From positions 76,053 to 140,052 of the forward strand of contig NMRA01000701.1 in the NCBI GenBank assembly GCA_002633005.1: 64,000 nt of DNA, written 5' to 3'. Both the position numbers and the translations under genes were made by a program. Below the pieces are notes generated by a model. The model saw nothing but the letters and a program-made list of their open reading frames with translations, made no database searches and was not told the DNA's origin. The stretch comes from Phoronis australis. Lineage: Eukaryota > Animalia > Phoronida. Shown piece after piece: positions 14,317-28,200 of this stretch (the first letter of the stretch is position 1; each line of letters starts with the position of its first letter).

Positions 14317-17300
14317 GATATCAGCTGGAGTCCCACCTAGTACGTGATCCCCATTCCAGCTGAAAATATTTCCGCCACGTTTTCAACCTTCCACGTGGTC
14401 TTTCCGTCCGTCACGACATTTTAGTGTGCGCATCATGTAGCTGGTATTGATTGAAAAAGCGTACAGACAGAAAACTAAGTCGTTTTCCATGTATCCTTCA
14501 TTTGACGCTCGGAACGTTCTTGCATGCGGCCTCTCTGGACCATACACGCGTGCCTTTATGATCAGATATGCTTGCAAGAGTTTATGGTCAGATTTAGTTG
14601 CATTCAATTATTATCAGATTTGCTCGGACTAAAGCTTTTTTCGCAATGAAATATGGTCACGCCCACGCCACTTTTGCGTTGCCTTAATCCGACATAAATT
14701 CATGGTAGTCACATGCGAATTAAAATAAAACAAAATCCATGTACAATCCCCCAGAATCGTTTGTGTTGTCCTCAAGAATGACACTTTCTGTCAGCGTTTT
14801 GAGTTGAAACTTAGAACATAAAATATTTCACAATGGTAATGCCACGCAGAAACGGAACAACATAAACTAAAACAAATGGTGTGCTTTTTCAGCAACGAAC
14901 CCATTACGAAAAGTTACGAACTTAGTTACTGTAGACCACAAAGCAACAAAAAGCCATTCTGAGTTTAATTACAAAATGTAAACTGAAAATTTTAACAATT
15001 TCCCTGATTTTTTGCTGTTTTCTTTAAAATCGTCAGCTCACGAACAAATTTCAGTAATGTCCATGGCCATCGAAAATCGATTCTTAATCAGAGTGAGTAT
15101 GTCGCCACTGCTCCTAGCGTTAATACGTAACCCGGCAGCATGATCATGATTACCTATGCATTTCTGATGAGTCTATTCAAATGTAGATCAGGTCAAATGA
15201 TAACATTTCAATCAACCAAATATCTTTCCTTCATATGCAACATAACCAGATTCATATCGTGTTCTACATGGAGACAAGAAACAAAAAAAGAAATCGAAAT
15301 ATTCGCAACATTGTCCGTCGAGGGAGAACAACCACGCAAAAGAAGTGAATTAACCCGTGGTATAGCTGGTAAAAGCAAATATAAGTTGCTAAAAGCTTTC
15401 CCTTGTTCCTTTGTCCGATATCAATGACATTTTGAAAGTTTCCTACCATGCGAATGACGGGGTAGAGAAGTACACTTTCCCGTTACAATCACCAGTGTAG
15501 ATCACATTTGAGATTCGTCAGTCGGTTGGTATCACTAAAATGCAAACATTTTGTACTAACTTTCACCCCTGCTTGTGTTTGCCCTATTTTACCATTAAGT
15601 GTTCTCTAAGTGCTTAAAAAATAGACGGGTTTCCGCAAAAACCTCATTAAAAACATGTACGCTGGCAGTTGAGTATCTACTCATAATGCACGAGCCAGCT
15701 GTCACTCACCTCGGCGGCCATCTTAAGTTGTGGAGCACTACCAAAACTAAAAATGAAACTAAATCACATTCAGTTAAGTTTGAAAATATTTGGAGTTTTG
15801 TTGAATTATTTGGGCACGCGCTTTAACTGTACTTACATGCGTAAACATCCTTTTATGGAGTTTTTAAGAAAAATGAAGCGGAAAAAAGTATCTTTAAGAC
15901 GACCGGTGACAAAACGAGCAACTGCTTTCAACAAAGTTGATATTCTAACATGACAGTGTAGATAAAGCTGTCACGGAATTTTGGAACTTCGGGGCCTTGT
16001 AATTATGACCAGTGGCAAACCGCCGTTAAACCAAGATCATAAATCTACGCGTTGTGACAGCGCGCCCGCAGAATGCAATGTTTTAACAAACAGTCGCTGG
16101 TTTTCGGAGTTAACTTTCAAGTTTATAACCTACCTTCATAAACCAGGTTAATGATATGTTTACTAATAAGAATGAGAACACGATCGCGCTTTAATGGCTT
16201 TACACGTACAGCATCCAAACACCAAGTATACAACCAGCATTTTTGTGCTCTATCCGCATTCTGCATACACCTGGATCTCGAACAATAACGCCCTGTTTAC
16301 GAGATATACACGTACGAAGTTCATATCAGGTCCACGACTTTTGAAAAGCACTGTACTGTACAAGATCCAAGAACCAGCTGGGGATTCACATCGACCACAT
16401 AGCGTATTCGCTTTGAAATTTTAATGATATTTATGAGGTGAAGCAAATCAATTCGGCGTTATTTTTCATTGTGTGACCGAGCTAGTCTAATGTTTCACCT
16501 ATTTAGGACAACAAAAAAATAGAGGAAGTTTAGGATTATGGGTTGTTTTCAGTTATTATCTAAAGCAAAACTGGTAAAAATTGAGTTCATCCTGAAGAAT
16601 TGAAAGTGTGCGGTGCCTTCCAATAAGTAGTACTTCTCTGATGTGACGCCTGGTAACTTTATTTGACTTTTTTGAGAAAGTACGACGCTAAACTCATGGT
16701 AATTAAACTAACAATAGAAAATTATGATAGTAATAATGATAACAACCCTGATGGTGAGAGTGCTAGACGTAGTGTAGTGATAGTATTAATAATTATGCCG
16801 GTGCTTCGTGTACAGTGCGTTACTGGCAGAATTATACCTAGGCTGCAGAAATGTTCGTGTGTGCTTTGCCCACCTTAAAAACTCTGGGGATTAGAAACGT
16901 GCAGGAATTCCAGGAAGCAATGGTTGATGGTTCTGAAGGGCTAGTGTGCAGTGCCCCTCAATCCGTGGCTATCCCAATTTTACACTGAAGCGCTGCTTTG
17001 TAAACAAGAGCAATGGATACAGCAAAATGTATAAGGATTTCAAACTGATTTAACTCATACAAATTGTTTTTGTTTTTAGTGAAAGTTGTTACGAACAAGC
17101 CCAGGTTTTTTATGTGCAACCTGTCAATCAAACCAATTATCGCGCCAAAGATTACCGCAACACAAAGCCGTATTGTTTATCAAGCTGCTCACTCCGTCGA
17201 AGGAATCAGTTCTCTACAAAATATCGCTTGGAAGTTTGGGCTATTTTCTGCATGGTGTCGTTTGGTAGTTTTGGCCATTCTTATCCATTTTTATGCAGTA

Positions 17301-18599
17301 GCAAACAGATTATGTTGGCTTTTTGTTAGGTCTGAAGAGTTAAACTTACGAGACTTCAGCTTCAGCAAAGGCGAAGCCTAACTCAAGAAGAACCGAAGTC
17401 CTGAACCACGTGTGACGAGAAATCCTCGCTGGAACGGAGACAGTGAATTCTATCATCAATTCTGAATTTCAGTGCACCGACCAATCAGTCTAGTGGCCGC
17501 AATATTGTAATTGGTACTTAGTAAGCTCCTGAGACTACTTGTGTAAAACACTCGCGAAACTTTGCGTGGCCTTACATGAACTAGCTTTTAGGCGAGTTAA
17601 TTTTGTTGCGTGCGAAACGCACCCCAGGCCTGTTAACGTGGAGTTAACTCCAGTGAGGGACTGGAGTTTGTGATGCAAAATGCACTTCATAATTTCACTA
17701 ATTTGGTGATTTTTCCATGATTTTTGAAATTATAAACCAAAAGGGAAACCCGAATACTTTACAGTAACTATCTCGACCGACAAAGCGAAGCGTATTTTGG
17801 AATAAAAATTGAGAACAAAACGGCGATCGGTCGACTGTTCACGAAAATAGTTTTTTCAACGATTGCTCTTTGAGCAAGACTTCAACCTTGGGACTTCGAT
17901 TTTGACCGTTTTCAATTTTTTCTGAGAGCATGATCTCTTAATGTCAAAACCGTTTCTAAAATATTTATTAAAGCTTTCATAATTTTGTATTATCAAAATC
18001 ATGTTATTCTTAAAAAAATACTAAAAACTGAAGGTTAAAGCTATGGAAAGTCTCAGGTTTTTAGCGTTTTTATGAAAACTTTAATACACGTACTTTAAAA
18101 ACGAATGCTGATGAAGGAGCTTTTTTCCTTCAACCGTACCTTTCAGCAATGACATTTTTACTAGCGACATAAGGTCACGTGATCACTTCAACGGCACAGT
18201 GCTGTGAATGACATGATAGTGATCACCGCGACTCGCAGTGTCAGAAAATATCTAATTTTATGGATTGTTAGCGTCTAATTCCTTAGATATTCCAAGATAA
18301 ATATTCTATTTCAATACAATCTAATTGGTGGAACATAATTATACTCCCCTATATCTTTTAACGATTTTGTAACCGCATATAAAACTGACATGACAAAATT
18401 GCAAGATAAATTTGCCATGAAGGTTGTCACGTTAATTTACGTTTTATAAGTTGGGTTTGATGGTTCTGTTTAAAGATGAAACTCGTCTGTGCCTTAGCTT
18501 GTGTAACTTAAAAGTTTTATACATTATACTGAACACACGCGCTCTACAAGTTTCACCACAAACTCCTTGCTCTTCTTAGGAAACTCCATAACACCTGAT

Positions 18600-19450
18600 C
18601 TGTCCCTAGCTTCACTGACAATTTAAACGATTCTTGTACAGGGCACCATCAGACAAACGACAACGAAATGAATACGAGCTTGGGAAAATGACTCGAAGCC
18701 AACGCCAATGGCATTTTCTACTGCCGATGGACATTATTTATTACGATTGTCTGAACGACTTATCCATTCAATTTGCACAGGATATGCCGAAGGTGGCAAT
18801 GCGTTTTGCCACTCCTCCGTTCTCTCTGTTTCTCGAAGATCTTATAGACCCGCCTTACTGTCAAATATAACTTTTCATTTAGAAACTGATCTCAAGTTGT
18901 TTCGCAATCAGATAAGAGAACCAGTGCTAAAAGCGATTTGACAGTTTGCCGTTGCTTAGACCAGATTCACTTAAGTTGGTTTATCACGGAGAGTTGTTTT
19001 ATAAGCTGAACATGTTGTCAACTAATGACTAACTGTCAGTTTTCCACAAACCCAAGAAACCCCTGGCTTGAGCAACAGGACATACTGAGACTAGATAAAT
19101 AACGCCGAGTGTTCTAAATAAAACTAGTTTCTATGGCAGAATGTGCGTTTATAGCAGCTTGAATGTACTCAATAATCGGAAACGTTGAGATCAACAGTGA
19201 CGTGGTCACATTCTCTCCAGTTTTACTAAATCAACACTTATCAAGAAGACAAGAAATAATTAATTGATGAGTTGCTTGTCATGCGTACTTCTTCATGGCG
19301 TGGCATCCTGTTATATTGTCAATGTTTACCTGCAGGGCCAAGGAGGTCAGAAATGGTGTGTGCATTGTTTTAACCCACTATAGTATAGTAAACGGAGAGC
19401 TTTTATTTCGATTGTTTGTTACTAGCTGAAACTGAAATACGGCAAAATTA
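18600..19450 (+). mobile_element. Decayed Gypsy-like RT-RNase H relic
   Basis: Plus-strand remnants in order: AFSTADGHY (TAFST..GHY), LFLEDLI (YLDDI-like), HLE..L..F...RE..LK, SPVL, ACHA (CDAS-like), YS..RELL.IV. Confidence 0.5.
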
Positions 19451-20307
19451 CATATGACAGAGTTCACTGAGCAAACAGGCTAAACGTTGTAAAAACGTAT
19501 CCTATAATTTGACTCATCTGCGTACGCATAGTCTTTGTTTGTAACTGGATGGACAGAAAACTTATTCTAATCCCTAATGGTTGAAGACATAGCTTATATC
19601 TAACTTTTATAGAATGCAAGTGAATAAAATTGATTGTTAAACTACCGCTGATAACTTTGCCCTCTGACTGGCAAAACGCGGTACCATAAGTTCTGCTTTT
19701 GCGTAACATTGAACAACTTGGAGTGGGTTATCACTTTTTATTCACGCCGCCCAGAAGTCTGTTGTCGCTAATCGCAATCTGACATATCGGACGCTGCAGA
19801 ACCCATAAACCATGTCAGTACATCAAAGCAAGTAAGAACAAGCTAATCCAGAAACATAGAAAAGACGCACCAGCGTTCGTTTAATAAAATAACTATTGAC
19901 CGATTCCTCGGACGTTTGGCCTGGGGCAACATTGCTCTACGCCGATCCAAATGACCTGATACATGTATCAACCTCTAGAACGGCCTATATTTGTATATTT
20001 TTCGTACTGTAGATGTTAATTTGAGTTCTTGAAGCACAAAAATTTCAATTGATACCTTAACTGTTTCGGTTATTTAGACCAGAAATCTTCAGAAGCTGAT
20101 GAATAGTCACTAGATGGGGCAGTGGCTCTGCCCCAAACTTGGGAAGCACAATGGTTGGAACAGCCTGGTGGCTGCTCTACATAATAATCATTAATACTTC
20201 TGTGAATAGCCACCACTTTCAAAGCGCCAATTCACCTGGGTGTTTTAGAACATTTTACTGGCTTTAAAAATAAAGAAGTAACGCGTTCGCAGAATCGCAC
20301 GCCATGT

Positions 20308-20313
20308 TTTATT
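20308..20313 (-). promoter_or_regulatory. Candidate polyadenylation signal (AATAAA) for the KCNN gene
   Basis: TTTATT on the plus strand about 390 bp downstream of the stop codon; motif only, and other candidates lie further downstream. Confidence 0.3.
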
Positions 20314-20698
20314 TGCGTAGAGAATAAGTTACGTCTCGAAAACGACGTTTTGGCAACATGATCCAAATTGCCTCAATTAGACTTTTGGCTTGCACAGTGC
20401 TTCCATTGCACAGCACGACACAAATTTACCACCGAGCTGGGAAGCAGCGGCGAGGGAATATACATCATTACACGTATCATACTATACTTAGTAAAAGAAA
20501 CTTGCATTTTTACATGCAACAGTTGGTCTATAGTAGCTCTAAACGTATAATGAGCGGACATAAATCGTACTCGTGCACTGGTGCATTAGCACAGACGATT
20601 GCCTTGACGTTAGAATCGACAGACATATTGCCACGTGACTATAATGCACACAAACTCCATTAGACCTTTCCAATTTCTAAATAAGTGTTACCTGATCA

Positions 20699-22075
20699 TC
20701 ATGAGCGATGCATCTTGGTCAACATGTGGCTGAGGTTGTCCAGTTTGATGTCGATGGCGTCTAGAACCTCCCTCATATCATTGACATTCTCCTCCAAACC
20801 CGCCTGCCTTTCTTCCATCGTCTCCATCTTTTCCGAGATTACCGATTGAGATTTGGCCATTTCAAGTAAGTTGATGCCGCTGTCCAGTAATTTTCGTTGT
20901 TCCGCTTTCACCTCCCGAATATCGCGAATTGCCTTTAGGAGTTTCCGCTGGTGGTTGCGAATGCTGGACTCTGGTTTTTTCTGTTTTTTATATTTGTATA
21001 TCATCCAGCCTTCCCTCAAAATGTTCGCGGCTGCATGCTTATGCCTCTTGTCCAGATCAACATCTAGAACAAAGTTATGAACACATTTTTCCGCTCTATT
21101 GAACTCCAATTTTTGCGCCAACACAGCGACAAGTAAAGCCGTTATACCCGCCCCGAACATTCCCGTCATAACGGATATAGCCCGCCCGCAATAAGAGTTG
21201 GGTACTATATCCCCGTAACCCACTGAGAGGAATGTTATTGCAATCACCCACATAGAGTTGAAGAAGCTGCGATGCACCGTGTCGTGGTGCATCTCACAAG
21301 CTCTTAGGCACCAACTCGCTAGAAGAAATATTGAGATGGTGATAATGGTGAGGACGTATTCCGGGTAGAGATTCATAAGAGACTTGAAAATGAAACTGAA
21401 ATTGAAACTGATTCGATTCAAAGCTCCTAGACTTTGCGACCTGGCGTCGGCGAAGAGACGACTGTGGAGTAGAAGAACTCGACAGAAGAGATAAAGGCGA
21501 AGAAACATCGGTAACGAGAAGATGATGTCCCAGGATACGATGTTGACGCTTATTTTTTGAGTTTGAGCGTTCACCGTTGTCCATTCAAATTCGTGTTTTC
21601 CCGGCAGTGGATGTATTGCACAGATAAGGAGCTCGAGAGTTATCTTCAACACACGACTAGGGTACATCGCTAGACGCCAGTCATCCATGCCGTTGTCAAT
21701 CATGAAGAGTTTGATGTCAATGATGTGGTACCACACGATGAATCCAAGGAGATCGACTGTCGATATTGTTATGAACAGTTTAACGACGATGGACGCTATA
21801 GACGACTTGGAGTACACGCCTGCCATGTTGAGTTCCGTTTCAATGATCATGAGGAATATACCGAGCATAGCAAAAGCTAGTGCCACGTCGCTGACCGTCC
21901 GACGTCGTGCAAACAACTCCTTTCTCCTGGCAAGTCGAAGACCCACATTCTCGTATTTACTCTTTTTTCTCGACCTAGGGGTCTTCAGGGGATCCTCGTC
22001 TTCCTCTGTGTAGCTCTGATAATGCCCGTTCATCCCAACGAGGGGTATTCCAGGATTCTCAATGATAGTACTCAT
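20699..22075 (-). CDS. KCNN: Small/intermediate-conductance calcium-activated potassium channel (SK/KCNN family), single-exon CDS, 458 aa
   Basis: Uninterrupted ORF. First ATG at 22075 (context AAGATGA) follows an in-frame TGA at 22106-22108; the track's 22099 start is a GTG. Six TM segments, S4 MFLRLYL, pore ITFLSVGYGDIVP, calmodulin-binding domain AEKCVHNF...AAANILREGWMIYK and a C-terminal coiled coil. Confidence 0.97.
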   Translation of the reverse strand: MSTIIENPGIPLVGMNGHYQSYTEEDEDPLKTPRSRKKSKYENVGLRLARRKELFARRRTVSDVALAFAMLGIFLMIIETELNMAGVYSKSSIASIVVKLFITISTVDLLGFIVWYHIIDIKLFMIDNGMDDWRLAMYPSRVLKITLELLICAIHPLPGKHEFEWTTVNAQTQKISVNIVSWDIIFSLPMFLRLYLFCRVLLLHSRLFADARSQSLGALNRISFNFSFIFKSLMNLYPEYVLTIITISIFLLASWCLRACEMHHDTVHRSFFNSMWVIAITFLSVGYGDIVPNSYCGRAISVMTGMFGAGITALLVAVLAQKLEFNRAEKCVHNFVLDVDLDKRHKHAAANILREGWMIYKYKKQKKPESSIRNHQRKLLKAIRDIREVKAEQRKLLDSGINLLEMAKSQSVISEKMETMEERQAGLEENVNDMREVLDAIDIKLDNLSHMLTKMHRS

Positions 22076-22183
22076 CTTGACATCGCTCCGAAGGTGCACG
22101 TGATCTCATCCAACCAAACGGCTGCTGAAGTGCAGACTCGTCGATACAGCTTCACCGCTTCCGCTCAACGACTGGTATTGAGT

Positions 22184-22202
22184 CTGCAATACAAAGCACA
22201 CA
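22184..22202 (-). promoter_or_regulatory. Candidate splice acceptor for a 5'-UTR intron of KCNN
   Basis: Minus strand reads TGTGTGCTTTGTATTGCAG|ACTC about 110 bp upstream of the ATG; motif only. Confidence 0.3.
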
Positions 22203-25200
22203 CTGTAAGGCAAGGCAAGTACGCAAGTTGATGCACTGCAATTCAGTAACAAAGTGTAAAAGCATCTGTGGTCCTTTGTGCCAGTTTTCACTGATAGCCA
22301 GACATTTCTATAATAAATGCACGATACCGAACATCCAATATTGAACTTTCTCCTCAGCGCTGCTGCATGTTGCAAATGTCAGTGATGGTGATGACAGTTG
22401 TGATGAAAACGAGGTTGTGGACTGAAATAAGGACTACGATAACAACGGCGATCTAATGGAGATGACGTTCACGTTAAAATGTACGTTTTGTTCTCCCCAC
22501 ATATGTAATCGCACTGACAATATCTTAAAATCCACACACGTTAAAAGTAATTCTTTCTAGTGAGCAAGGTTTACCACAAAGCTTGCAACTCGGGTATCAC
22601 ACACACACACTCACGGAGGAACATAGGGCTATCCAACAAGTTGCCAAATCAGTCAGTAACCATATAATTGAAAATAAACCCTAGCCTAGCAATTTTCACG
22701 TGGAACCAGAGTTACGACCCACGACACTCGGCAAGCACTCACGACGGACAACATTCGATTACGTTACGTCATGCAATGGATGAATGGACGCTATCCCATG
22801 TTTGAATACTTCAACTTCGCGGAGCAATCATTTCAATGGCCGCTGTTTTGTTTACCGGTAGGGTACGATTGTAAACTTCCAAGCATATTCGCGAAGAGCT
22901 AGCGTCCTTCCAGACTGCAGCGCGCAGCTTTCTTCATACAAGCCGAAAATATAGTCACGCTCCTCCCTGAATTGGCTTTCTTACAATGTATATGAAAAGT
23001 CACTTTGAGTTGCCTAGCCTGAAAGCTGTCCCTTCAGCCCTGTGTAGTTGCTACACCATCGCAGTATGCGTACATTCATGAAATTAAATGCAAAAAAGAA
23101 GTATGATGACGAAGGGACCAATCCGTTCCCTTGCTGGGAGGGTCAGCATTCATTGGTAAGCTAATGGACATCGTTTTAATAACCAATCATTAGCCTGGTG
23201 AAATAAGAGCCGTCCGTCTAGCCTCTTCTACGGTACTTGTACTGACAAGAAACTTTCATTCACTATATTTCTGCGTTGTCTTGCGTAACCTCGATTGTCG
23301 ACGGATTTCTCACATCTACTGAACCCATCTCTATTTTTTAATTCCTCAATCGCCCCCTAGAGACACCTCGTAAAGACGCACCTTAACACCTTTACCCAGC
23401 GTTTTCTTATCAAAGCCGACAGGTTTAATAGTTGTAGAAGGCGTCTTAATAACTTTCTGAAGGCACTAAATAGCAAGAAGTGATTTACTTACATTAATAA
23501 TGCGGGAAACCAGGGGCAACGTATGCACTGAAAAACATTCACTGAATTGATTTGACTCTAAGATACCTGTCCTCAAGTTGCTGTTCAGTCGCTGCATGGT
23601 GAAATGATTGTTTAATTTATACCAAAGCAAAGATGAGCTTTTGTTCTTGACAAACACTTGAAATTGTGTTTATACCGGGGTCAATACAAATGATACACGC
23701 TTATGATACAAGCATTGTCCTTGTTTGCATGCAACTACATGCATGAGATGTTTGCTTACCTATTAACACAAGGGAAAGTGCAGTTTCGGAGTTTGCACTA
23801 AGATCTACGGTTTGCAGTGACAACAAATTGAACGACTAGTCAACTTGCTACAGGCCCACATGTACGAATACTTACGCGCACAGTTTTGAACAGAACAATC
23901 TGTCCACACAGGCTGAGGAAAGGCAGTGTATAGACGTTGCTTAAAAAGTAAGGGCATTTTGATCACCATGGCGCTATCTCTTCTATTTTAATTCATTACT
24001 TTATAGTCAAAGAGGCAGAAAACCCGTGTCCTCTAACAAAAAACAAAGCTTCTGAATTCACATTGTACTCGTTCTTATTTTCAGGAAGCCGACCATTTTT
24101 AATTATTAATGCAAAGAAATGATTGTTGCACCCACGTATTTATTCATACACAATTACATGGTTTAAACAGATGCCTCCGTTTTATCCATTCCAATGACAA
24201 TCTAGAAATTTACTAGGTGGTCCTCGTGAAACAGCGGTCTATCTAGGGCGCGTTCCGTAAACTCACGACTTTCGCGACTTGCTTTCCTGACAACTGAAGA
24301 AACTGGCTACAGTTTACGGAACCGCAGCGTTCAAGTATTCACGTGTAACCGGACGGCGCCTCACGTTTGTGTTCTTAATTTATCAAGACAATAAAAAGTA
24401 CACCCTTTCTTCATTGGCAACTACCAGTCACGATACGCGTTATTATATAAGAAAACGAACAAACAACAAGTGGTCGATGTCAGTCTCCATTTCCACACAT
24501 CAGCCTATTTCTGTAAACCTCATTAAATATTCTATTCGTTAGATAACGATTTTTGCGTACATGACTTATGCGTTATCAAAATATCGGATATCATTAACGG
24601 TACAATACAACGCATTATTCAGTGGAACGTTGTTCTAGTTAACTCACATTCACGTTTGTTATAACTGGTAAAGGAAAAACAAACTTAACGAAACATGCAC
24701 GCTGCAGCACTTAGTGTGCACATCTATATTCTGCTGTTTTATTCCATAACAGCACAAATTGGTAGATCTACTATTGCTTAACCCCGCTAAACGATTAAAT
24801 GCACTCCAATCCGGTAACAAATACCTCCTTTTTACGAAATTCACCAAAAGAGCGCCGTGTAATGTCCTGAACGGTCACTGGTGTCAAAACTCTTTAGCCC
24901 AATGTACGAGATAGACAGGTGATGGAGAATTAACGAAGCGACAAATTTGCCGTAAGTGGACATGTCTTTAGAACCCTGATATGCCTGCAGCCGGCATGAC
25001 AGGCCAGCATAATGGAGCAAACAAAATACGTTCGGGGACAGCGTCACGCGGTTATGAGCTCCTGCAGGTGTAAGATCAAGAGTCGAACAATTTACAATTT
25101 ACTGTAAAACCGGCGCGGGAAATTAGAAAACAGTTTGCTATCGGATACCATACACACCCGGCATTGTAGAAGAAGTAAAAATGAGCAGCTGAACTGATCG

Positions 25201-28200
25201 GTCACGCGAAAGCAAGTTATGAACTTTGTGCTCCCTATGTCGTTAACGCCGTGATAAATACGCGCCCTGCACTGACGACATATGGAGTAAATGATAACTT
25301 ATGAACACATTAAGTTTATTAACGAAGGTACATAGAGTGATAATTTGACACAGAGGCGTTTAGAGAGTCAAAAGTCGATGTTAAAGATCGTTCAAACAAC
25401 CTTACCAAAGTGATGTTTCAAATCCCTTCTATTCGGCCATATTGGATCTATGTGCGCGGTCACGAATAAATTGGTACAATGTGGCCACCCCGCGTATTGT
25501 TTATGCCTTTATATAAGTCTCGTTAATCGATCTACAGCTGGTCGTAGTGAGCAAGCAGTAACGATTTTTGCTGGCTCGTTCACCTAGCGAAGTATACGCC
25601 CACGACAATAACTACGAGCCTGTTCACGGCTTCATAATGTTCTTGCGACGCTAATCCAGAGGTCTTCGACTTGCGGATCATCTGGACAGCGGGACACTAC
25701 ACGTTTCCCTGGACACAAGTGTCCTTAATTGAATCAGCTTGCCATGACGCACCAGAGTCAGTATTTGGGGAACGAACACTATTGATGCCACAGCTTTGCA
25801 TAATTTATCGCTTTTACGTGGCTAAATAGAAAAGGTCGCGGGCTTGTTTGAATGGACACGGTATATTCAGATCGATATTGCAGGCACAGTCGTTTATGCT
25901 GTCATACACTGCATGCATCTCTCACAGGTGACACAAAAAGAATCTATATCGACTACATTAAGTTTTAGCTTCAAAGATGTCATATAATCAAGACCAAAGT
26001 GTGCGCGCGCATAAATCATAAATTACACGTTTGCCGACCTCTGACGGTAATTCTCAGAGGCTGTCGTCACGTGATATCAGGTTATGCAGTTCAGTTAAAC
26101 AAACATAATTTCAAATACTAGAGAATACATTTGAGCAACAAGTGAATAAAACTAACAATCTACGAGCATAGTCTCAAGACAATGACCACCGTCGCCAAAA
26201 CACAGAAACGTGCTACAGAAATATTTTACTTACTTCGTTTTTATTGGATAATTCTATTTTCAAACATTTCACCGCCTTAATCATTTTGGTCGGCGAAAGT
26301 GCCCAGTAGAATATACCATACCAAAAAGTAAAAATGGCGTTTCGACTGTTAACGACCATTTTCAACCAGCTGACGGTGTTTATAAGCCTTATCTGCTGCC
26401 TCCTTGCAGTTTGAAGCAACTAGCGGATAAATTATTGCGAAAGTGATAAATTAAGATTAAACCTGAAAGTAGGAATAGAATTTGAAAATACTGCATTATT
26501 TGTTTACCAAGCAGGTAGATGATTATACAGGATTTTAAAGCGAAACGTAACTCGAAGTAATTGTACATGTATAGGCGAAATGTTCTAGAGGCCTTGACAT
26601 AGCAAACTTATTTCAAACCGTTTGAGATCCTCTTTGCATCTTGAACGCCAAGCTGATATGACACAGAGTCTGCTAGCAGTCGTTTTTGAGTAACAGTACT
26701 AAGAAAAACCTTGATGTGATAAATTTCATGTAAGCCTGCAGTCTCGATGATTACGCGAAATGAAACCAATCCGAGAAAACGTTCAAGTGCTATAGAGCTG
26801 ACAAGAAAAGGTAACGAGAGAATTACTTGCAGATAACATCGACTTTCCATAACCGTATGGTCAGTGTCCGATAATCAGAATTTAAACTTGCTGTCACTGA
26901 CATCCGTAGACTTGTGTTTCATTAGGCTGGAGAGTGATTTATTTTATTCAAGAATCAACTTAGCAATAATCGACTGCAATTTAAGATTCTTCAAAACACG
27001 TGGCGAACACAGAGCATGTCTAAACACGACAGTTTTCAAGTGGCCAATAAAAAGGTGAAATTAAGAATTTGGAAACGGAAGACAAAATGTCTCTTTAAGC
27101 ATTGCTGAAATTTGAAGGATAGCCAACATATTTGAAATAACAGGAAGTCCGTCTAAGGAAAAACTTTAAGCCTTGTCCAAATACTGCAATTAGTCGTATA
27201 CGACTTTGAATCAACTTCGTGTACAACCATCGGATTGTGTAAATCGTTCAGAAGTTGCACACGATTTTCCCGAAATGAACAAAACTTAAAGTAAAATCGG
27301 ACATGTTTTTTCAACCTACAAGTTGTTGAAGACGTTTTACTAGGTCGACGAGTTGTGTCGGAACAGACGGGTAAGTCAGATACGATTATCGTATATGAGT
27401 ATTGGCTTAGTTTGTAGAACGAGCTCACTACTCTCGGAATGACAGTAGGATACAAACCAAGACGAATTCACCATATTGTGCCTGGGTGTGGCGCAAATGC
27501 ATCATGAAAACGAATTTCCCATCTGGTTCTCTAACAATGCATGTCGAAAATAAAGGCATCGGCGATGCTAGATTACAAAAATCGCATATAGAAATGGTTT
27601 CACTTACTCACGAGTGGTTCTACTTACGACTCATAAGTGATCTAAAACTCAAATGCCGATTTAGGTGAGAAATACACTGCGTTACGTAAGATGAGGTTAA
27701 TTAGATCGCGGGCCATTATCACAGTTCGTTATCAACCGCAAACAGGTTGTAAAATTGCAATCACATAACACTGCAACCTCAGGTGACGAGGAAACAGGCT
27801 AGCAACTGACACGATTCTATGAGTGTTTGTTTGTAAGACGACATCTGTACCTTTAATTAAATTGCTGCTGCAACAAGAGTGAATTCACATTGTGTGTTAA
27901 ATACAGTTTCTTTCATCTCCATCTGGATTTCAGCTGTTTTAACGCATATTAGCTGACTTGAAAGAGATTTTGTGACTGTCCTCGAAATTCATCAATATCT
28001 CAGAAAATGACTTCTACGCATAGCTTTATCAATCACCTCGACAAGGTCAAGAAAAATCCTAGAGAAAGTCATTTGAACAGGTCTTGGTATAATTTTGACT
28101 ACTTGAATTTAAGAATACAGACATGATATTTTTTGTGTCAATCAAATTGGAAGTCCGAATGACTAATTGAGCGACATCTTGTTCATTTGCATTTTTTACT

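Noticed and set aside
17638-17652. Perfect 14-bp palindrome TGGAGTTAACTCCA
   Set aside because: An isolated palindrome of this length is expected by chance in 64 kb.
20853-22013. Overlapping antisense and alternate-frame ORFs
   Set aside because: Shadows of the KCNN coding sequence with no recognisable motifs.
22076-22099. N-terminal extension MHLRSDVK of KCNN in the ORF track
   Set aside because: Starts at GTG; the first ATG in good context is at 22075.
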